A DNA stretch of 64,000 nt from Gemmatimonadaceae bacterium. Its GTDB lineage: Bacteria; Gemmatimonadota; Gemmatimonadetes; Gemmatimonadales; Gemmatimonadaceae. The position numbers and the translations under genes were made by a program. Below are positions 40,170 through 50,287 of this stretch, in pieces. The notes beneath the pieces were generated by a model. The model did not search any database. It saw only the letters and a list, made by a program, of their open reading frames with translations, and was not told the DNA's origin. The stretch lies in NCBI GenBank assembly GCA_044224875.1, contig JBGAJQ010000012.1, forward strand, positions 39,564 to 103,563, read 5' to 3'. Each line of letters begins with the position of its first letter. The stretch's first letter is position 1.

Positions 40170-40700
40170 ATGAACTGCACCGTGTATCTCGCGACAAGCC
40201 TGGATGGATTCATCGCCCGCAAGGACGGACGCATCGATTGGCTTCCGCATCCGCAAGCGGCCGGAGAAGACTACGGCTATGCGAACTTCATGAGCACCGT
40301 TGACGCGCTCGTCATGGGTCGGAATACCTTCGAACAAGCGCTGACCTTTGGGGCGTGGCCGTACACAAAGCCGGTGTACGTGCTCACATCACGACCAGAG
40401 TCCCTGCAGGGGAAACTGCCACCGTCGGTACAGACGCTCTCGGGGTCGCCGGATAGCGTGATCGCTACGCTGGAGCAAGCCGGGGCACGGCACCTCTATA
40501 TAGATGGAGGACGTACGATTCAGCGCTTCCTCCGCACCGGGAGGGTAAACCGCCTGATCATCACCACGGTTCCGGTGCTCATTGGTGCTGGCATTCCGCT
40601 CTTCGGCGAACTAGATCACGACCTTCAACTCACCCACGTCGCAACTCGCACGTACGCGGACGGACTCGTTCAATCCGAGTACGTGGTAGCAACACCTTAA
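40170..40700 (+). CDS. Dihydrofolate reductase-like / RibD C-terminal domain protein
   Basis: YLATSLDGFIA, LVMGRNTFE, YIDGG, PVLIGAGIPLF. Confidence 0.88.
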   Translation: MNCTVYLATSLDGFIARKDGRIDWLPHPQAAGEDYGYANFMSTVDALVMGRNTFEQALTFGAWPYTKPVYVLTSRPESLQGKLPPSVQTLSGSPDSVIATLEQAGARHLYIDGGRTIQRFLRTGRVNRLIITTVPVLIGAGIPLFGELDHDLQLTHVATRTYADGLVQSEYVVATP

Positions 40701-40729
40701 CGCTGCGAACGATGAGGCGGCAGCATCCC

Positions 40730-41452
40730 ATGCGGATCACTCGCGCAACTCTGGCGGCAACAATCCTGACGGCCGCCATGGCGTTGCCGTCCCAGGCTCA
40801 AGTCGCACGGGGGGTCACCACCGCGCCAGCCGCCTCCACGCCTCAGAAACGTCGAACGTTGCTGCTGACGCCGACCAATCCGTTCTGGGCAACCCGCGCT
40901 CCCGATACAGTCATCGCCGACATCGAGACGTCCAAGGGAACTATCACCGTGGAGTTGCCGCGCGAGTGGGCGCCGCATGGTGTCGATCGGTTCTACAATC
41001 TTGCACGGGGCGGTTATTTCGACGATTCCCGCTTCTATCGGGTGGTAGCGCGCTTCATCGCGCAATTCGGCATCGCCGGCGACCCAACGATCGCCGCGCG
41101 CTGGAGCCAGCGGAGGCTTCGCCCCGATTCGGTGCGAACACCTAACGTGCGAGGAACTCTCACGTTTGCGCAGCGCACGCCGGCCGATCGCACCACCAAC
41201 CTCTTCCTCAACCTGACGAACAACTCCAACCTGGACTCACTCGGCTTCGCGCCGATCGGTCGAGTCATCCAAGGCATGGACGTGGCCGACAGCCTCTACT
41301 CCGGATACGGCGAGTTGACGATGGCAGGGCCACCACTCAACAACGGGCGGCGTTTGTACCGCGAGTCCAACAAGTACATGGACGCCGAGTATCCCAAGCT
41401 CGATCGCATTCTACGCGTGACCGTCCGACCCGCAGCGAGCAAGTCCCCGTAA
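40730..41452 (+). CDS. Secreted cyclophilin-type peptidyl-prolyl isomerase
   Basis: Signal peptide; ETSKG, WAPHGVDRFYNL, FYRVV-RFIAQFG, GFAPIGRVIQGMDV. Confidence 0.88.
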   Translation: MRITRATLAATILTAAMALPSQAQVARGVTTAPAASTPQKRRTLLLTPTNPFWATRAPDTVIADIETSKGTITVELPREWAPHGVDRFYNLARGGYFDDSRFYRVVARFIAQFGIAGDPTIAARWSQRRLRPDSVRTPNVRGTLTFAQRTPADRTTNLFLNLTNNSNLDSLGFAPIGRVIQGMDVADSLYSGYGELTMAGPPLNNGRRLYRESNKYMDAEYPKLDRILRVTVRPAASKSP

Positions 41453-41468
41453 CTGAAGTCTGTCGCGC

Positions 41469-42401
41469 TTACTTCTTGTAGACCGGCGCCAACCAGTGGA
41501 GATACTTCCCTACGTTGCCGGTCACCACATCCAGGAAGAGCGAGCGCAGTTTTCCCGTGACCGGGCCCATGTTGCCCGAGCCAATGCTGCGGTGCTCGAC
41601 CTCGGTAATGGCACAGATCTGCACCCCGGTGCCGCACATGAAGCACTCGTCGGCGAGATACACTTCGCTTCGATCGACATTCCGTTCAACGACCGTGACT
41701 CCGAGTTCGTCGCGCAGGAGCTGAATGACCGAGCGACGCACGATGCCTTCTAGCACGTTGCTCTGTACCGGCGGGGTGATGGCGACACCATCACGCACGA
41801 TGAAGAAGTTCGCCACGCTCATCTCGGACACGTGGCCGTCTTCGTTCAGCACCAACGCCTCGTCATAACCGGCCAGACGCACGTCCGTGCTGCTCATCGC
41901 CGAGTTCACATACGCTCCCGCAATCTTGCCTCGCGCGGGGATGGCGTTGTCATCCACGCGCCGCCAAGCGGAGAAAGCAACGTGTACGCTGGTTTCGTTC
42001 GCCGTGTAGGAACCGAACGGGAGGCTGAACATGGTCACCGACGCATCCAAGTCGTGGACTCGCACGGCGATGTTGGTGGCCGACTTGTAGGCGAGTGGGC
42101 GGATGTAGCAGTTCTGGCGAAATCCCTCCGCTCGCAACAGCTCCACCGTAATGTCGGTGAGTGATTGTGGTGTGTGGCCAAGGTCCATGCGAAGAATGGA
42201 CGCCGATTGCACGAAGCGCTTGAAGTGTTCATTCGGACGAAACACGAAGAGTTGCTGCTGCGCTTCGTTCCAGTACCCGCGCATCCCGCCGAAGACAGCC
42301 GTCCCGTAGTTCAGGGCGTGCGTCATGACGCTGACTTTGGCGTCCTCGATGGGGACGATGCGGCCGCCGAAGTAGGCGAATCGGGTCACGGCGTTGCTCA
42401 T
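41469..42401 (-). CDS. ilvE: Branched-chain amino acid aminotransferase
   Basis: HALNYGTAVF, YIRP, KIAGAYVNS, DEALVL, LEGIVR, ADECFMCGTG, GPVT. Confidence 0.92.
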   Translation of the reverse strand: MSNAVTRFAYFGGRIVPIEDAKVSVMTHALNYGTAVFGGMRGYWNEAQQQLFVFRPNEHFKRFVQSASILRMDLGHTPQSLTDITVELLRAEGFRQNCYIRPLAYKSATNIAVRVHDLDASVTMFSLPFGSYTANETSVHVAFSAWRRVDDNAIPARGKIAGAYVNSAMSSTDVRLAGYDEALVLNEDGHVSEMSVANFFIVRDGVAITPPVQSNVLEGIVRRSVIQLLRDELGVTVVERNVDRSEVYLADECFMCGTGVQICAITEVEHRSIGSGNMGPVTGKLRSLFLDVVTGNVGKYLHWLAPVYKK

Positions 42402-42549
42402 TGGCCTCGGGAAAGGGGTGTGGTTGGGGAACGAACATGAGACGGTACAACCGGGTGCGCTAGGGAAGGGACGCGAACTCGTATGGAGTGTCCGCACGCT
42501 TGACGCCGACCCCCTCAGCCCGGACTTTTGACTGTAACGGAGCTGACAC

Positions 42550-43185
42550 ATGGCAAACATCCCGTTCACCAGCAACTACACCGACCTCTCCTCGCAACGC
42601 GGCTACCAGTTCCAGTTCTTCTGCAGAAAATGCGGGAACGGGTATATGTCGACATTTCAAGCGAGTACCCTGGGCATGGCGGCGTCGGCCGCCAACGCCG
42701 CGGCGTCCCTGCTGGGAGGGATCTTCGGGCGCGCCGCGCAGTCCGCTCAGGCGCTCCAATCGGTCGTCGCTGGCCCGGCGCATGACTCAGCGCTCGACGC
42801 GGCCGTGCGCGAGATCAGTCCTCTCTTCAAGCAATGCACCCGTTGTGGCCAATGGGTGTGTGAGCCGATCTGCTGGAACAAGAAGGCTGGTTTGTGCGAG
42901 AGCTGCGCACCCGACCTGGACGAGGAGATCTCCGCCGCACAAGCACAGGCAGCACGAGAGCAGGTGAACACCAAGGCGCGTGAAGTGGACTACCTTGGTC
43001 AACGCAATCTCGCGCAGGTCACGGGCGCCATTTGTCCGTCATGCGGCGCCAAGACGCAGGGAGGCAAGTTCTGTCCTTCCTGCGGCACTTCGCTGTCCAC
43101 CAAGCAGAAGTGCGCGCACTGCGGCGCGGAAGCTGACGGCAGCGCAAAGTTTTGCCCGGAGTGTGGCAAGCCGTACGGGACCTAG
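42550..43185 (+). CDS. Multi zinc-ribbon protein
   Basis: CRKCG, CTRCGQWVCEPICW...CESC, CPSCG, FCPSCG, CAHCG, FCPECG; central Ala/Gly-rich helix. Confidence 0.85.
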   Translation: MANIPFTSNYTDLSSQRGYQFQFFCRKCGNGYMSTFQASTLGMAASAANAAASLLGGIFGRAAQSAQALQSVVAGPAHDSALDAAVREISPLFKQCTRCGQWVCEPICWNKKAGLCESCAPDLDEEISAAQAQAAREQVNTKAREVDYLGQRNLAQVTGAICPSCGAKTQGGKFCPSCGTSLSTKQKCAHCGAEADGSAKFCPECGKPYGT

Positions 43186-43186
43186 C

Positions 43187-44320
43187 ATGGTTCCCGAAAC
43201 ACGGCGCGCACACGCCGCGTTCGACTTGCACGATTTCGCGGCCGCGGCGCCGCTCACCGGCGAAGGGACTCTACAGCTGAATGACGACGCCTTGGACATT
43301 GGCAACGTCCATGTGTCATATCTCGACGTGGATGCACTCCGCGCCGCCGATTATCGCATCGAACTCGACGTGTGGCCGCACCGCCGTCTCACCCTCACGC
43401 AACTCGGCCGTCGATTTGATACGATCCTGGAGGAACTGCGCCGTGTGCGGAATCAGTCGCGGGTCGCTGGATTGCTCGCTCATGGCATCACGACGCCACT
43501 CGTTTTCAATGGCGCCTTCCGCTCGGCGGATGACGCCCGGTTCGATGTGTCGCACAGTCAGCTGCAACACGCCGAGTTTCAGGTCTACGACACACATGTC
43601 ACGATCGTCCCGGTGGACGGGAACCCGTGGCAGCTGCCGTACGGCGCGATCACGGGGCTTCGCGAGGTCGAGGACCCACCAGCCATAGTCGCCGAATGCC
43701 GCGAGGGAGCAACGTTGCTCGGGCAGCTGGGGCGCCAGCGAGACGCGCTCTTCGATGCGGTCGCCGAGCATCGCAACAAGCAGGACAAATTTCTGTTGGC
43801 ACTGACGGGAGTAAGGGGGTTTGCCGACGGATGGGGGCTCACTCGCGACGAGGTCAGCGGTTTTGAGGCACTGATTCAGCGCTTTACGGCGCGGAATCGC
43901 GTCGACTGCAGCCGTCGGCTCTTGGAGTTGGCGGACGGTCAAGTCCGGTTGGGCTTTGTGCAGCTGCTCGATCCCGACGGCGACCATGCTACGTCCGACG
44001 AACTTCCAGAACCGTGGGCGTCGTTCTTGCTCGTCTCCATTCGTGATCTCACGGTGCTGGAGGTGCTCGCTGGCGCCGCAGCCGCAACCTATGTCTTTCG
44101 CGGCTCGATCGAGTCCGTGAATCGCGATCTGCAGTTGCTCCACTTCAGGCGGGCACCGTTGGCGCTCACGGCAGAGCAAGCTGTCATCACCGCTGCCAAT
44201 CCTTTCCGTCTCGCCTTGCGCCAACTCGAGCCGTTGGGCCGACTGCGCCGCGCCACGGTCGCGCGCATCATTCACACAGATGGGTGGGAGCAGGCCATAC
44301 AGTCCAGTTGTGCCTCCTAA
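43187..44320 (+). CDS. Hypothetical protein coupled to the zinc-ribbon gene (possible tandem PH-like domains)
   Basis: ATG 1 bp after the upstream stop; two similar beta-rich blocks ending LGRRFD / LGRQRD. Confidence 0.55.
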   Translation: MVPETRRAHAAFDLHDFAAAAPLTGEGTLQLNDDALDIGNVHVSYLDVDALRAADYRIELDVWPHRRLTLTQLGRRFDTILEELRRVRNQSRVAGLLAHGITTPLVFNGAFRSADDARFDVSHSQLQHAEFQVYDTHVTIVPVDGNPWQLPYGAITGLREVEDPPAIVAECREGATLLGQLGRQRDALFDAVAEHRNKQDKFLLALTGVRGFADGWGLTRDEVSGFEALIQRFTARNRVDCSRRLLELADGQVRLGFVQLLDPDGDHATSDELPEPWASFLLVSIRDLTVLEVLAGAAAATYVFRGSIESVNRDLQLLHFRRAPLALTAEQAVITAANPFRLALRQLEPLGRLRRATVARIIHTDGWEQAIQSSCAS

Positions 44321-44611
44321 CGAGTGACGTGACGCATGCAGCGGACGCAACCAAGGGACCACCTGCGCGGCAGCCGAGGAGTGCGTGACGCATGGCATCT
44401 TGCGGTCGGTACTCACATCGCGTTGAGCGAACGTGGGAGGTGAGGCGGATGTCGGCGCAACTTCTGACGCACGCCCGAGGTCGGCGGCTCCTGCTGCAAC
44501 AGTCGCTCGCCAGTTGTCACTTGGTGCGTGATGGTGCGCCGATCGTTGCCACTGCCGCGTTCAGGCGCCCAACGTGTACAATGCAGTCCTTCCCAACTCA
44601 AATGAGGTCGC

Positions 44612-45202
44612 ATGAGAAAGCTGATCGTGTCCGAGTTTGTGTCACTGGACGGCGTGATGCAGGCGCCTGGTGGCAAGGACGAGGACTTGGATGGCGGGTT
44701 CGAGCATGGCGGATGGACGCTCCCGTACTGGCACGATGACATCGGCAAGGGATTCTTCGCCTTGATGCAGCAGTGTGACGCGATGCTGCTGGGACGGCGT
44801 ACGTACGTCGGTCACGCGCAAGCGTTCGAGCCGTTGCCGGCGGGTGATCCATTCGGCGACGTGATCAATGCGCCAAAGAAGTACGTGGTGTCCAAGACGC
44901 TGGAAAAACCGATCTGGCGTGATACCACGATCATTCGCGACCGCGTCGTTGAGACGGTGCGATCCCTCAAGTCGCAAGCGGGCAGGAGTATCGTCACGGA
45001 TGGTAGCAGCCAGCTCGTACACACCTTGTTGGAGAACGATCTGGTGGACGAATTGCACCTGCTGGTGTATCCGCTGATCCTTGGTGGTGGCAAGCGTGTG
45101 ATCCCGAACGGCATGAGCGCCAGTTTCAAGCTGATGTCGGCCGTTCCCGTGCCAACCGGTGTCGTGATGCTCCACTATGCCCGGCAGGGCGCCCAAGGAT
45201 GA
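44612..45202 (+). CDS. Dihydrofolate reductase-like / RibD C-terminal domain protein
   Basis: MRKLIVSEFVSLDGVMQAPGG, LLGRRTY, KYVVSKTL, LVDELHLLVYPLILGGGKR. Confidence 0.9.
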   Translation: MRKLIVSEFVSLDGVMQAPGGKDEDLDGGFEHGGWTLPYWHDDIGKGFFALMQQCDAMLLGRRTYVGHAQAFEPLPAGDPFGDVINAPKKYVVSKTLEKPIWRDTTIIRDRVVETVRSLKSQAGRSIVTDGSSQLVHTLLENDLVDELHLLVYPLILGGGKRVIPNGMSASFKLMSAVPVPTGVVMLHYARQGAQG

Positions 45203-45327
45203 TCCGACTGTAACAGCAGGTGGCGAGTGGCTCCCGACTGGGGTGCATTCAAACCTTTCCGTCGACGAGTCGGTCGAACCGGGAGCACGCGCAGGTTGAA
45301 TGGTCGCCGGCTACAACCTTACGAGAC

Positions 45328-47271
45328 ATGAGACTCGCCACACTGCTGATCGCCGTGGTGCTCGCAGCGCCGTTGTCCGCACAGATTGCCCCAAGCGACT
45401 GGCCCGCCTACGGTCGCGATGCACTCGGGTCACGGTTCTCTCCGCTCAACCAGATCACCGGGAATAACGTCGGCACGCTGGTCGAGGCGTGGACGTATCG
45501 GACGGGTGAGATGGGAGCCGCCGGGTCGCGAACAATCAAGCTGGAGGCCACCCCACTCGTCGTCGAGGGTGTCATGTACTTCTCGACACCTTTGGGACGG
45601 GCGATCGCCCTGGACGCCGCAACCGGAAGGGAACTCTGGTCGTTCGACGGCAAGGCGAGTCGAACTGACCGGTGGGGAGACTTTGCCAACCGCGGAGTTT
45701 CCACATGGGTAGACTCGAGAGCTGCAACCGATGCGCCGTGTCGTCGAACCATCTTCGTGCCCATCATCGATGGCCGGATCGTCTCGCTCGATGCTCGAAC
45801 GGGAACACCCTGCCGAGCATTTGGTGAGGGCGGCACGGTTGCGCTTCGCCGCGGACTGCAGAATGCACCTGCCTACAAGGAGGAGTACGAACTCACGTCG
45901 CCACCGGCGGTGATCCGCGATCTCATCGTCACCGGTTCGGCGATCGCGGACAACTACCGCACCAGCGCGGCCAGCGGCGAAGTACGGGCCTACGATGCCA
46001 GGACGGGAGCACTCAGGTGGACCTGGGATCCCGTCCCTCGCGACTCAACAGATCCGGCGTGGCGCACCTGGATCGGGGCGATTGCCCATTCCACCGGCGG
46101 GGCGAACGCGTGGAGCATCATCGCGGCGGACTCGGCTCGTGACCTCGTATTCGTTCCAACAACCTCCGCCAGCCCCGACTACTATGGCGGTGAGCGTGTC
46201 GGTGACAATCGTTATGCGAACTCGATCGTGGCGCTCCGCGCGAGCACCGGCCAAGTCGTCTGGCACTTTCAAACCGTGCATCATGACCTTTGGGACTACG
46301 ACAACGCCGCGCCACCCGCACTAGTGACCATCACACACAATGGACGGCGCGTCGACGTCGTACTGCAGGCAACGAAATCGGGACAACTCTTCGTGCTGGA
46401 TCGCGACACGGGTCTCCCGGTGTTTCCAGTCGAGGAGAGGGCAGTTCCACCCAGCTCGATCTACGGTGAGCGCGCCTCGCCCACGCAACCGTTCAACACG
46501 GTCCTCCCCGCCCTTGGCCCGCAGCGATTCACGATGGACTCGCTGTTCGCCTTGACGCCCGCCATGCGTGAGGCGTGCGAAGCGATCATCAAGCCGTTGC
46601 GGAACGAGGGCCCATTTACGCCACCGAGCCTGGAAGGAACTCTGGCGTGGCCATCGAACATCGGTGGGGCGCATTGGGGCGGCGTGGCATTCGATCCGCA
46701 ATCGCAGTATGTGGTGATTCCTGTCAACCGCATTGCGGCGCGCGTACAGCTCATTCGGCTGGACCAGTTGGACACCGCCGAGGCTCGCACGAATTCATCG
46801 CGACTAGGCGACCAGTATACCCGAATGCATGGCACGCCCTACGTCATGCGTCGCAACATGGTGAACACAAATCGCGGCATACCATGCACGCCGCCACCAT
46901 GGGGCGCACTCCTCGCCATTGACCTCAAGACCGGCCGTCGTGCGTGGGAAGTTCCCTTGGGTGACCCCGTGCCGCTACGCCCTGACCTGTCCGGACTCCT
47001 CAAGCCGGAGTTTGGAACTCCAAACCTCGGTGGACCAATCGTAACCGCGAGCGGAATCGTGTTCATCGGCGCGACGTTCGATCACGCGCTGCGGGCTTTC
47101 GACCTCAGCACGGGCAAGCTGCTGTGGAAGGGGACGCTACCCGGCGGGGCGCGCGCCACACCCATGACGTACGAGGCGGGTGGACGACAGTACGTAGTTG
47201 TGGCTGTCGGCGGAGGCGAGGATTGGGGAGACGGAGACTATATCATCGCGTTCGCGCTACCTCGGCGATGA
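45328..47271 (+). CDS. PQQ-dependent dehydrogenase (glucose/quinate family, soluble type)
   Basis: Signal peptide; DWPAYGRD, RFSPLNQIT, EATPL, HHDLWDYD, PCTPPPWG, ATPMTY. Confidence 0.9.
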   Translation: MRLATLLIAVVLAAPLSAQIAPSDWPAYGRDALGSRFSPLNQITGNNVGTLVEAWTYRTGEMGAAGSRTIKLEATPLVVEGVMYFSTPLGRAIALDAATGRELWSFDGKASRTDRWGDFANRGVSTWVDSRAATDAPCRRTIFVPIIDGRIVSLDARTGTPCRAFGEGGTVALRRGLQNAPAYKEEYELTSPPAVIRDLIVTGSAIADNYRTSAASGEVRAYDARTGALRWTWDPVPRDSTDPAWRTWIGAIAHSTGGANAWSIIAADSARDLVFVPTTSASPDYYGGERVGDNRYANSIVALRASTGQVVWHFQTVHHDLWDYDNAAPPALVTITHNGRRVDVVLQATKSGQLFVLDRDTGLPVFPVEERAVPPSSIYGERASPTQPFNTVLPALGPQRFTMDSLFALTPAMREACEAIIKPLRNEGPFTPPSLEGTLAWPSNIGGAHWGGVAFDPQSQYVVIPVNRIAARVQLIRLDQLDTAEARTNSSRLGDQYTRMHGTPYVMRRNMVNTNRGIPCTPPPWGALLAIDLKTGRRAWEVPLGDPVPLRPDLSGLLKPEFGTPNLGGPIVTASGIVFIGATFDHALRAFDLSTGKLLWKGTLPGGARATPMTYEAGGRQYVVVAVGGGEDWGDGDYIIAFALPRR

Positions 47272-47286
47272 CGACATGCACCACTG

Positions 47287-48753
47287 TTACGGTTGTACCC
47301 GCTGCCGCTTCTTCATCAACGCTTCGATCTCCTCGATCTCTCTCGGCGCGGTGCTGATCCGCTCCAGCCCCTTCTCCGTGATGACGTAGTCGTCCTCGAT
47401 GCGCACTCCGGAGTTCTGGTACTTCAGCACCACCGACCGTACTTTTGCAATGAATGCGCGATTCTTCGGTGTGTCGGGGAGCACGTCCAAGGCCCGCGTG
47501 CTGATGTAAATGCCTGGCTCTATCGTGAAGGCATCGCCTTCCTTGAAGGTGCGATCCCCAAAATACGCTTGCATCGGATCGTGCACCGCCAGCCCAATGC
47601 CGTGGCTGATGCCGTGAATCATCCATAGGTTCGATTGCTTGCACTGGCCAGGTTGCTTGTTGCAGTCGACGGGCCATGGAGGATCGAAGGAGGCGTCGAG
47701 CCCCTCCACTAGCCCCAACGCAACGAGCCCACGCGCGCGCACCATGATCGACGAGTCCTGCGCCGCGAGCGAGCTCATCCCCGGCTTCGAGTTGCGCTCG
47801 GCGGCCGCCTGGGCATCGCGCACCAACTGATACAGCTGCCGCTGTTCCTTGGTGAACGTGCCACTCACCGGAATCGTGCGCGTGACATCCGCCGCATAGC
47901 CGTGATACTCTGTCGCGGCATCCATCACCACCAGGTCGTTCGGCTTGATCGGGTCCGTGTCCTTCATGTAGTGCAATTGCGTGCCGTTGATGCCGGTACC
48001 CACAATCGACCCGTACGCCGGACGCTCGCCCCCAAGCCGGGTGAACGTGTATTCCAGCGCCGCCCGGAGCTCGTATTCATGCGAGGGGTTCGGCACCAGC
48101 ATCGCCGCGCGGTGACCCTCGGAGCTGATCTCGGCGGCCCTCCGTAGCAACGCGACCTCTGCCGGTGTCTTCTTAGCGCGAATTTCCGAGACCACGGCGT
48201 TCGCGTCGTGAACCACCAAGCCGTTGTGTCTGGCGACCAGCCCCTTCAGGAAGGCAGCACCTCGCGTCAGTGTGTCCGCGCGGGCAAAGTCCTCGTCCTC
48301 GAAGTCACCGATCGAATACAGCGGAAGCCCCGTGGCTACCAGTGAATCCACTACCTGGGCAAGTTCACCAAATGGGCGCCCGGGGATCCCGTACTCCTTC
48401 TCGGTCGTCTGCGGCGTGGCTCGCTGGCCGTAGTAGAACGCGGTGCGCGCATTGAGCGCGGTCACGAAGAGCGTACTCATTCCCTTCTTCTTGCGTACCA
48501 CCATCACCAGCGCGGCATCGGGCTCGGTGTAGTTTGTCAGGTACTGGAACGCACGCAGCTGAAAGAATGTGCCGAAGTCGTGCACGAGTGTGCGACCGCC
48601 GAATGCCAGGACAATGCCGCTATCCAGCCGTGTGGCGAGCGCCTCGCGTCGCGTCGCGAATTCGCTGGCTGGTACCTGGGCAATCGCGGAGCCCACTGCG
48701 CTGAAGACGAGCGCGGCGGCGCACAAGGCATGAGGGAACCGGGTTCGAAGCAT
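47287..48753 (-). CDS. pepP: Secreted Xaa-Pro aminopeptidase (M24B)
   Basis: Signal peptide; QLHY, MDAATEYHGYAADVTRTIP, HGISHGIGLAVHD, TIEPGIY, GVRIEDD. Confidence 0.85.
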   Translation of the reverse strand: MLRTRFPHALCAAALVFSAVGSAIAQVPASEFATRREALATRLDSGIVLAFGGRTLVHDFGTFFQLRAFQYLTNYTEPDAALVMVVRKKKGMSTLFVTALNARTAFYYGQRATPQTTEKEYGIPGRPFGELAQVVDSLVATGLPLYSIGDFEDEDFARADTLTRGAAFLKGLVARHNGLVVHDANAVVSEIRAKKTPAEVALLRRAAEISSEGHRAAMLVPNPSHEYELRAALEYTFTRLGGERPAYGSIVGTGINGTQLHYMKDTDPIKPNDLVVMDAATEYHGYAADVTRTIPVSGTFTKEQRQLYQLVRDAQAAAERNSKPGMSSLAAQDSSIMVRARGLVALGLVEGLDASFDPPWPVDCNKQPGQCKQSNLWMIHGISHGIGLAVHDPMQAYFGDRTFKEGDAFTIEPGIYISTRALDVLPDTPKNRAFIAKVRSVVLKYQNSGVRIEDDYVITEKGLERISTAPREIEEIEALMKKRQRVQP

Positions 48754-48873
48754 GGCAGCACGAAGAAGATGAAGAGGAGGCGACAGCCTCACGATCAGGG
48801 CGCTATCATGAAGCGCCGTACTCGCTGAACGGTGTGGCGCGAGAACTAGGAGCGGAAGACCGGAGGAGACACA

Positions 48874-49674
48874 ATGAAAGCCACGTGTTTCGCATGTGCC
48901 GAGCAGGTTGAGGGGAATGACGCTGACGCGGTCGCCCGTGCCTTTGTCGCGCACGGCATGGAGAAGCACTCCTGGTCGTACCCCGAGTCCGCCGTGCGAC
49001 AGTATGCGATCAACTTCGCCGAGGCTGGCGAACGGCTGAGTGGGAGCACCGAACGACTGCCGGTGTGCGGGGCAATCAGCATCCATCCCGTGACCGAAGA
49101 TCGAGTGGACGACTGGCTTCACTTCTTTGACCATGACGGGTTCGCTGGAAATCCAAGTTGGGCGTCCTGTTACTGTCTGGAGCCCCACGTTCCGGCGACG
49201 AAGGAACAACCCGAGCGTCCCTGGCGCGAATCGCGCGCCGCCGTGTCGGCGAGGCTCCGTAACCGTGCGACGTTCGGCTACCTCGCATACGTAGACGGTC
49301 GTGGGGCCGGATGGGTGAACGCCTCCTTGCGATCCGACTACGGTAAGTTCCACGATGTTGACCCTGACGGACCGAACGCACGTTCCGTCATCGGGATCGG
49401 CTGCTTCCTCGTCGCCCCGCCCTATCGACGCCATGGGATGGCGTCGTTGCTACTCGACCGTGTCATCGCCGATGCGGCTTCACGCGGTGCCCAGTGGGTC
49501 GAGGGTTATCCCCACAACACTCCTGAGGAAAGCGACGCCGGGCACTTTCGCGGCACGCGCGGCATGTACGAAGCGCGCGGGTTCCATCAGGTTGAAACAC
49601 GGGAACGGTACACCGTCATGCGGCGGCAGGTCGCCCCCGTCGGTTCGGAAGACTTGCCCCAACGCCAGGTCTAG
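48874..49674 (+). CDS. GNAT N-acetyltransferase with small N-terminal CxxC/His domain
   Basis: RBS GGAGGAG; WASCYC, GYLAYVDG..GW, CFLVAPPYRRHGMASLLL, VEGYP, MYEARGF. Confidence 0.85.
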   Translation: MKATCFACAEQVEGNDADAVARAFVAHGMEKHSWSYPESAVRQYAINFAEAGERLSGSTERLPVCGAISIHPVTEDRVDDWLHFFDHDGFAGNPSWASCYCLEPHVPATKEQPERPWRESRAAVSARLRNRATFGYLAYVDGRGAGWVNASLRSDYGKFHDVDPDGPNARSVIGIGCFLVAPPYRRHGMASLLLDRVIADAASRGAQWVEGYPHNTPEESDAGHFRGTRGMYEARGFHQVETRERYTVMRRQVAPVGSEDLPQRQV

Positions 49675-49772
49675 GGCTCGCATCACCGCCCGCGCGCCTG
49701 ACGCGTGCAAACTAAGGCAGCGAGACTTCGGTTTTTGGAGCGTGTGCTGACCTCTTACCAAAGGACAACAAC

Positions 49773-50237
49773 ATGGCATGGCCGGCAAGCCGGGAGGCCT
49801 CCTTTCCGAACCCGAAGCTGCAACCCTTCGGCACCCTCGTCGGTGAGTGGATCACGCAGGGCACGCATCCCCTAGTTCCCGGCGTCACCTTCCATGGTCG
49901 CGCGTCGTTTGAGTGGATCGAGGGGGGCGCCTTCCTTCTCATGCGCACGGAAATTCAGGAGCCGCAGATCCCCACGGCGGTCGCTATCATCGGCAGTGAC
50001 GACGCTGCCGGGACATGCCACATGCTCTACTTCGACGAACGGGGAGTGTCGCGGATGTACGAGATGTCCATGCAAAACAACGTCTGGATGTGGTGGCGAA
50101 ATGCGCCGGACCTCTCTCAACGGTTCAGGGGCGAGATCTCAGGCGACGCACGTGTGATCGTTGCCAAGGGTGAGATGTCGAAGGACGGAGCCAGATGGAG
50201 CGAGGATCTCTCTCTCACTTATTCTCGAGTGCGCTAG
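49773..50237 (+). CDS. DUF1579-like small beta-barrel hypothetical protein
   Basis: LVGEW, FEWIEGGAFL, YFDERGVSR, WWR, QRFRG, DLSLTYSR. Confidence 0.6.
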   Translation: MAWPASREASFPNPKLQPFGTLVGEWITQGTHPLVPGVTFHGRASFEWIEGGAFLLMRTEIQEPQIPTAVAIIGSDDAAGTCHMLYFDERGVSRMYEMSMQNNVWMWWRNAPDLSQRFRGEISGDARVIVAKGEMSKDGARWSEDLSLTYSRVR

Positions 50238-50287
50238 CACGTCGCGTCCACCGACGCGCTGGCTCACGAAGGTTCGAGGCCCGCGCG

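Noticed and set aside
44313..44430. Possible integron attC site (CCTAAC at a stop codon, TGCAGCGGAC, later GTTGAGC)
   Set aside because: The two ends are not complementary, no matching L boxes or long imperfect palindrome were found, and no integrase is in the window; the other GTTAGGY copies are unpaired and mostly intragenic
48754..49434. Long N-terminal extension of the 715-aa ORF (47287-49434)
   Set aside because: Overlaps the GNAT gene on the opposite strand; the signal peptide indicates a start at 48753
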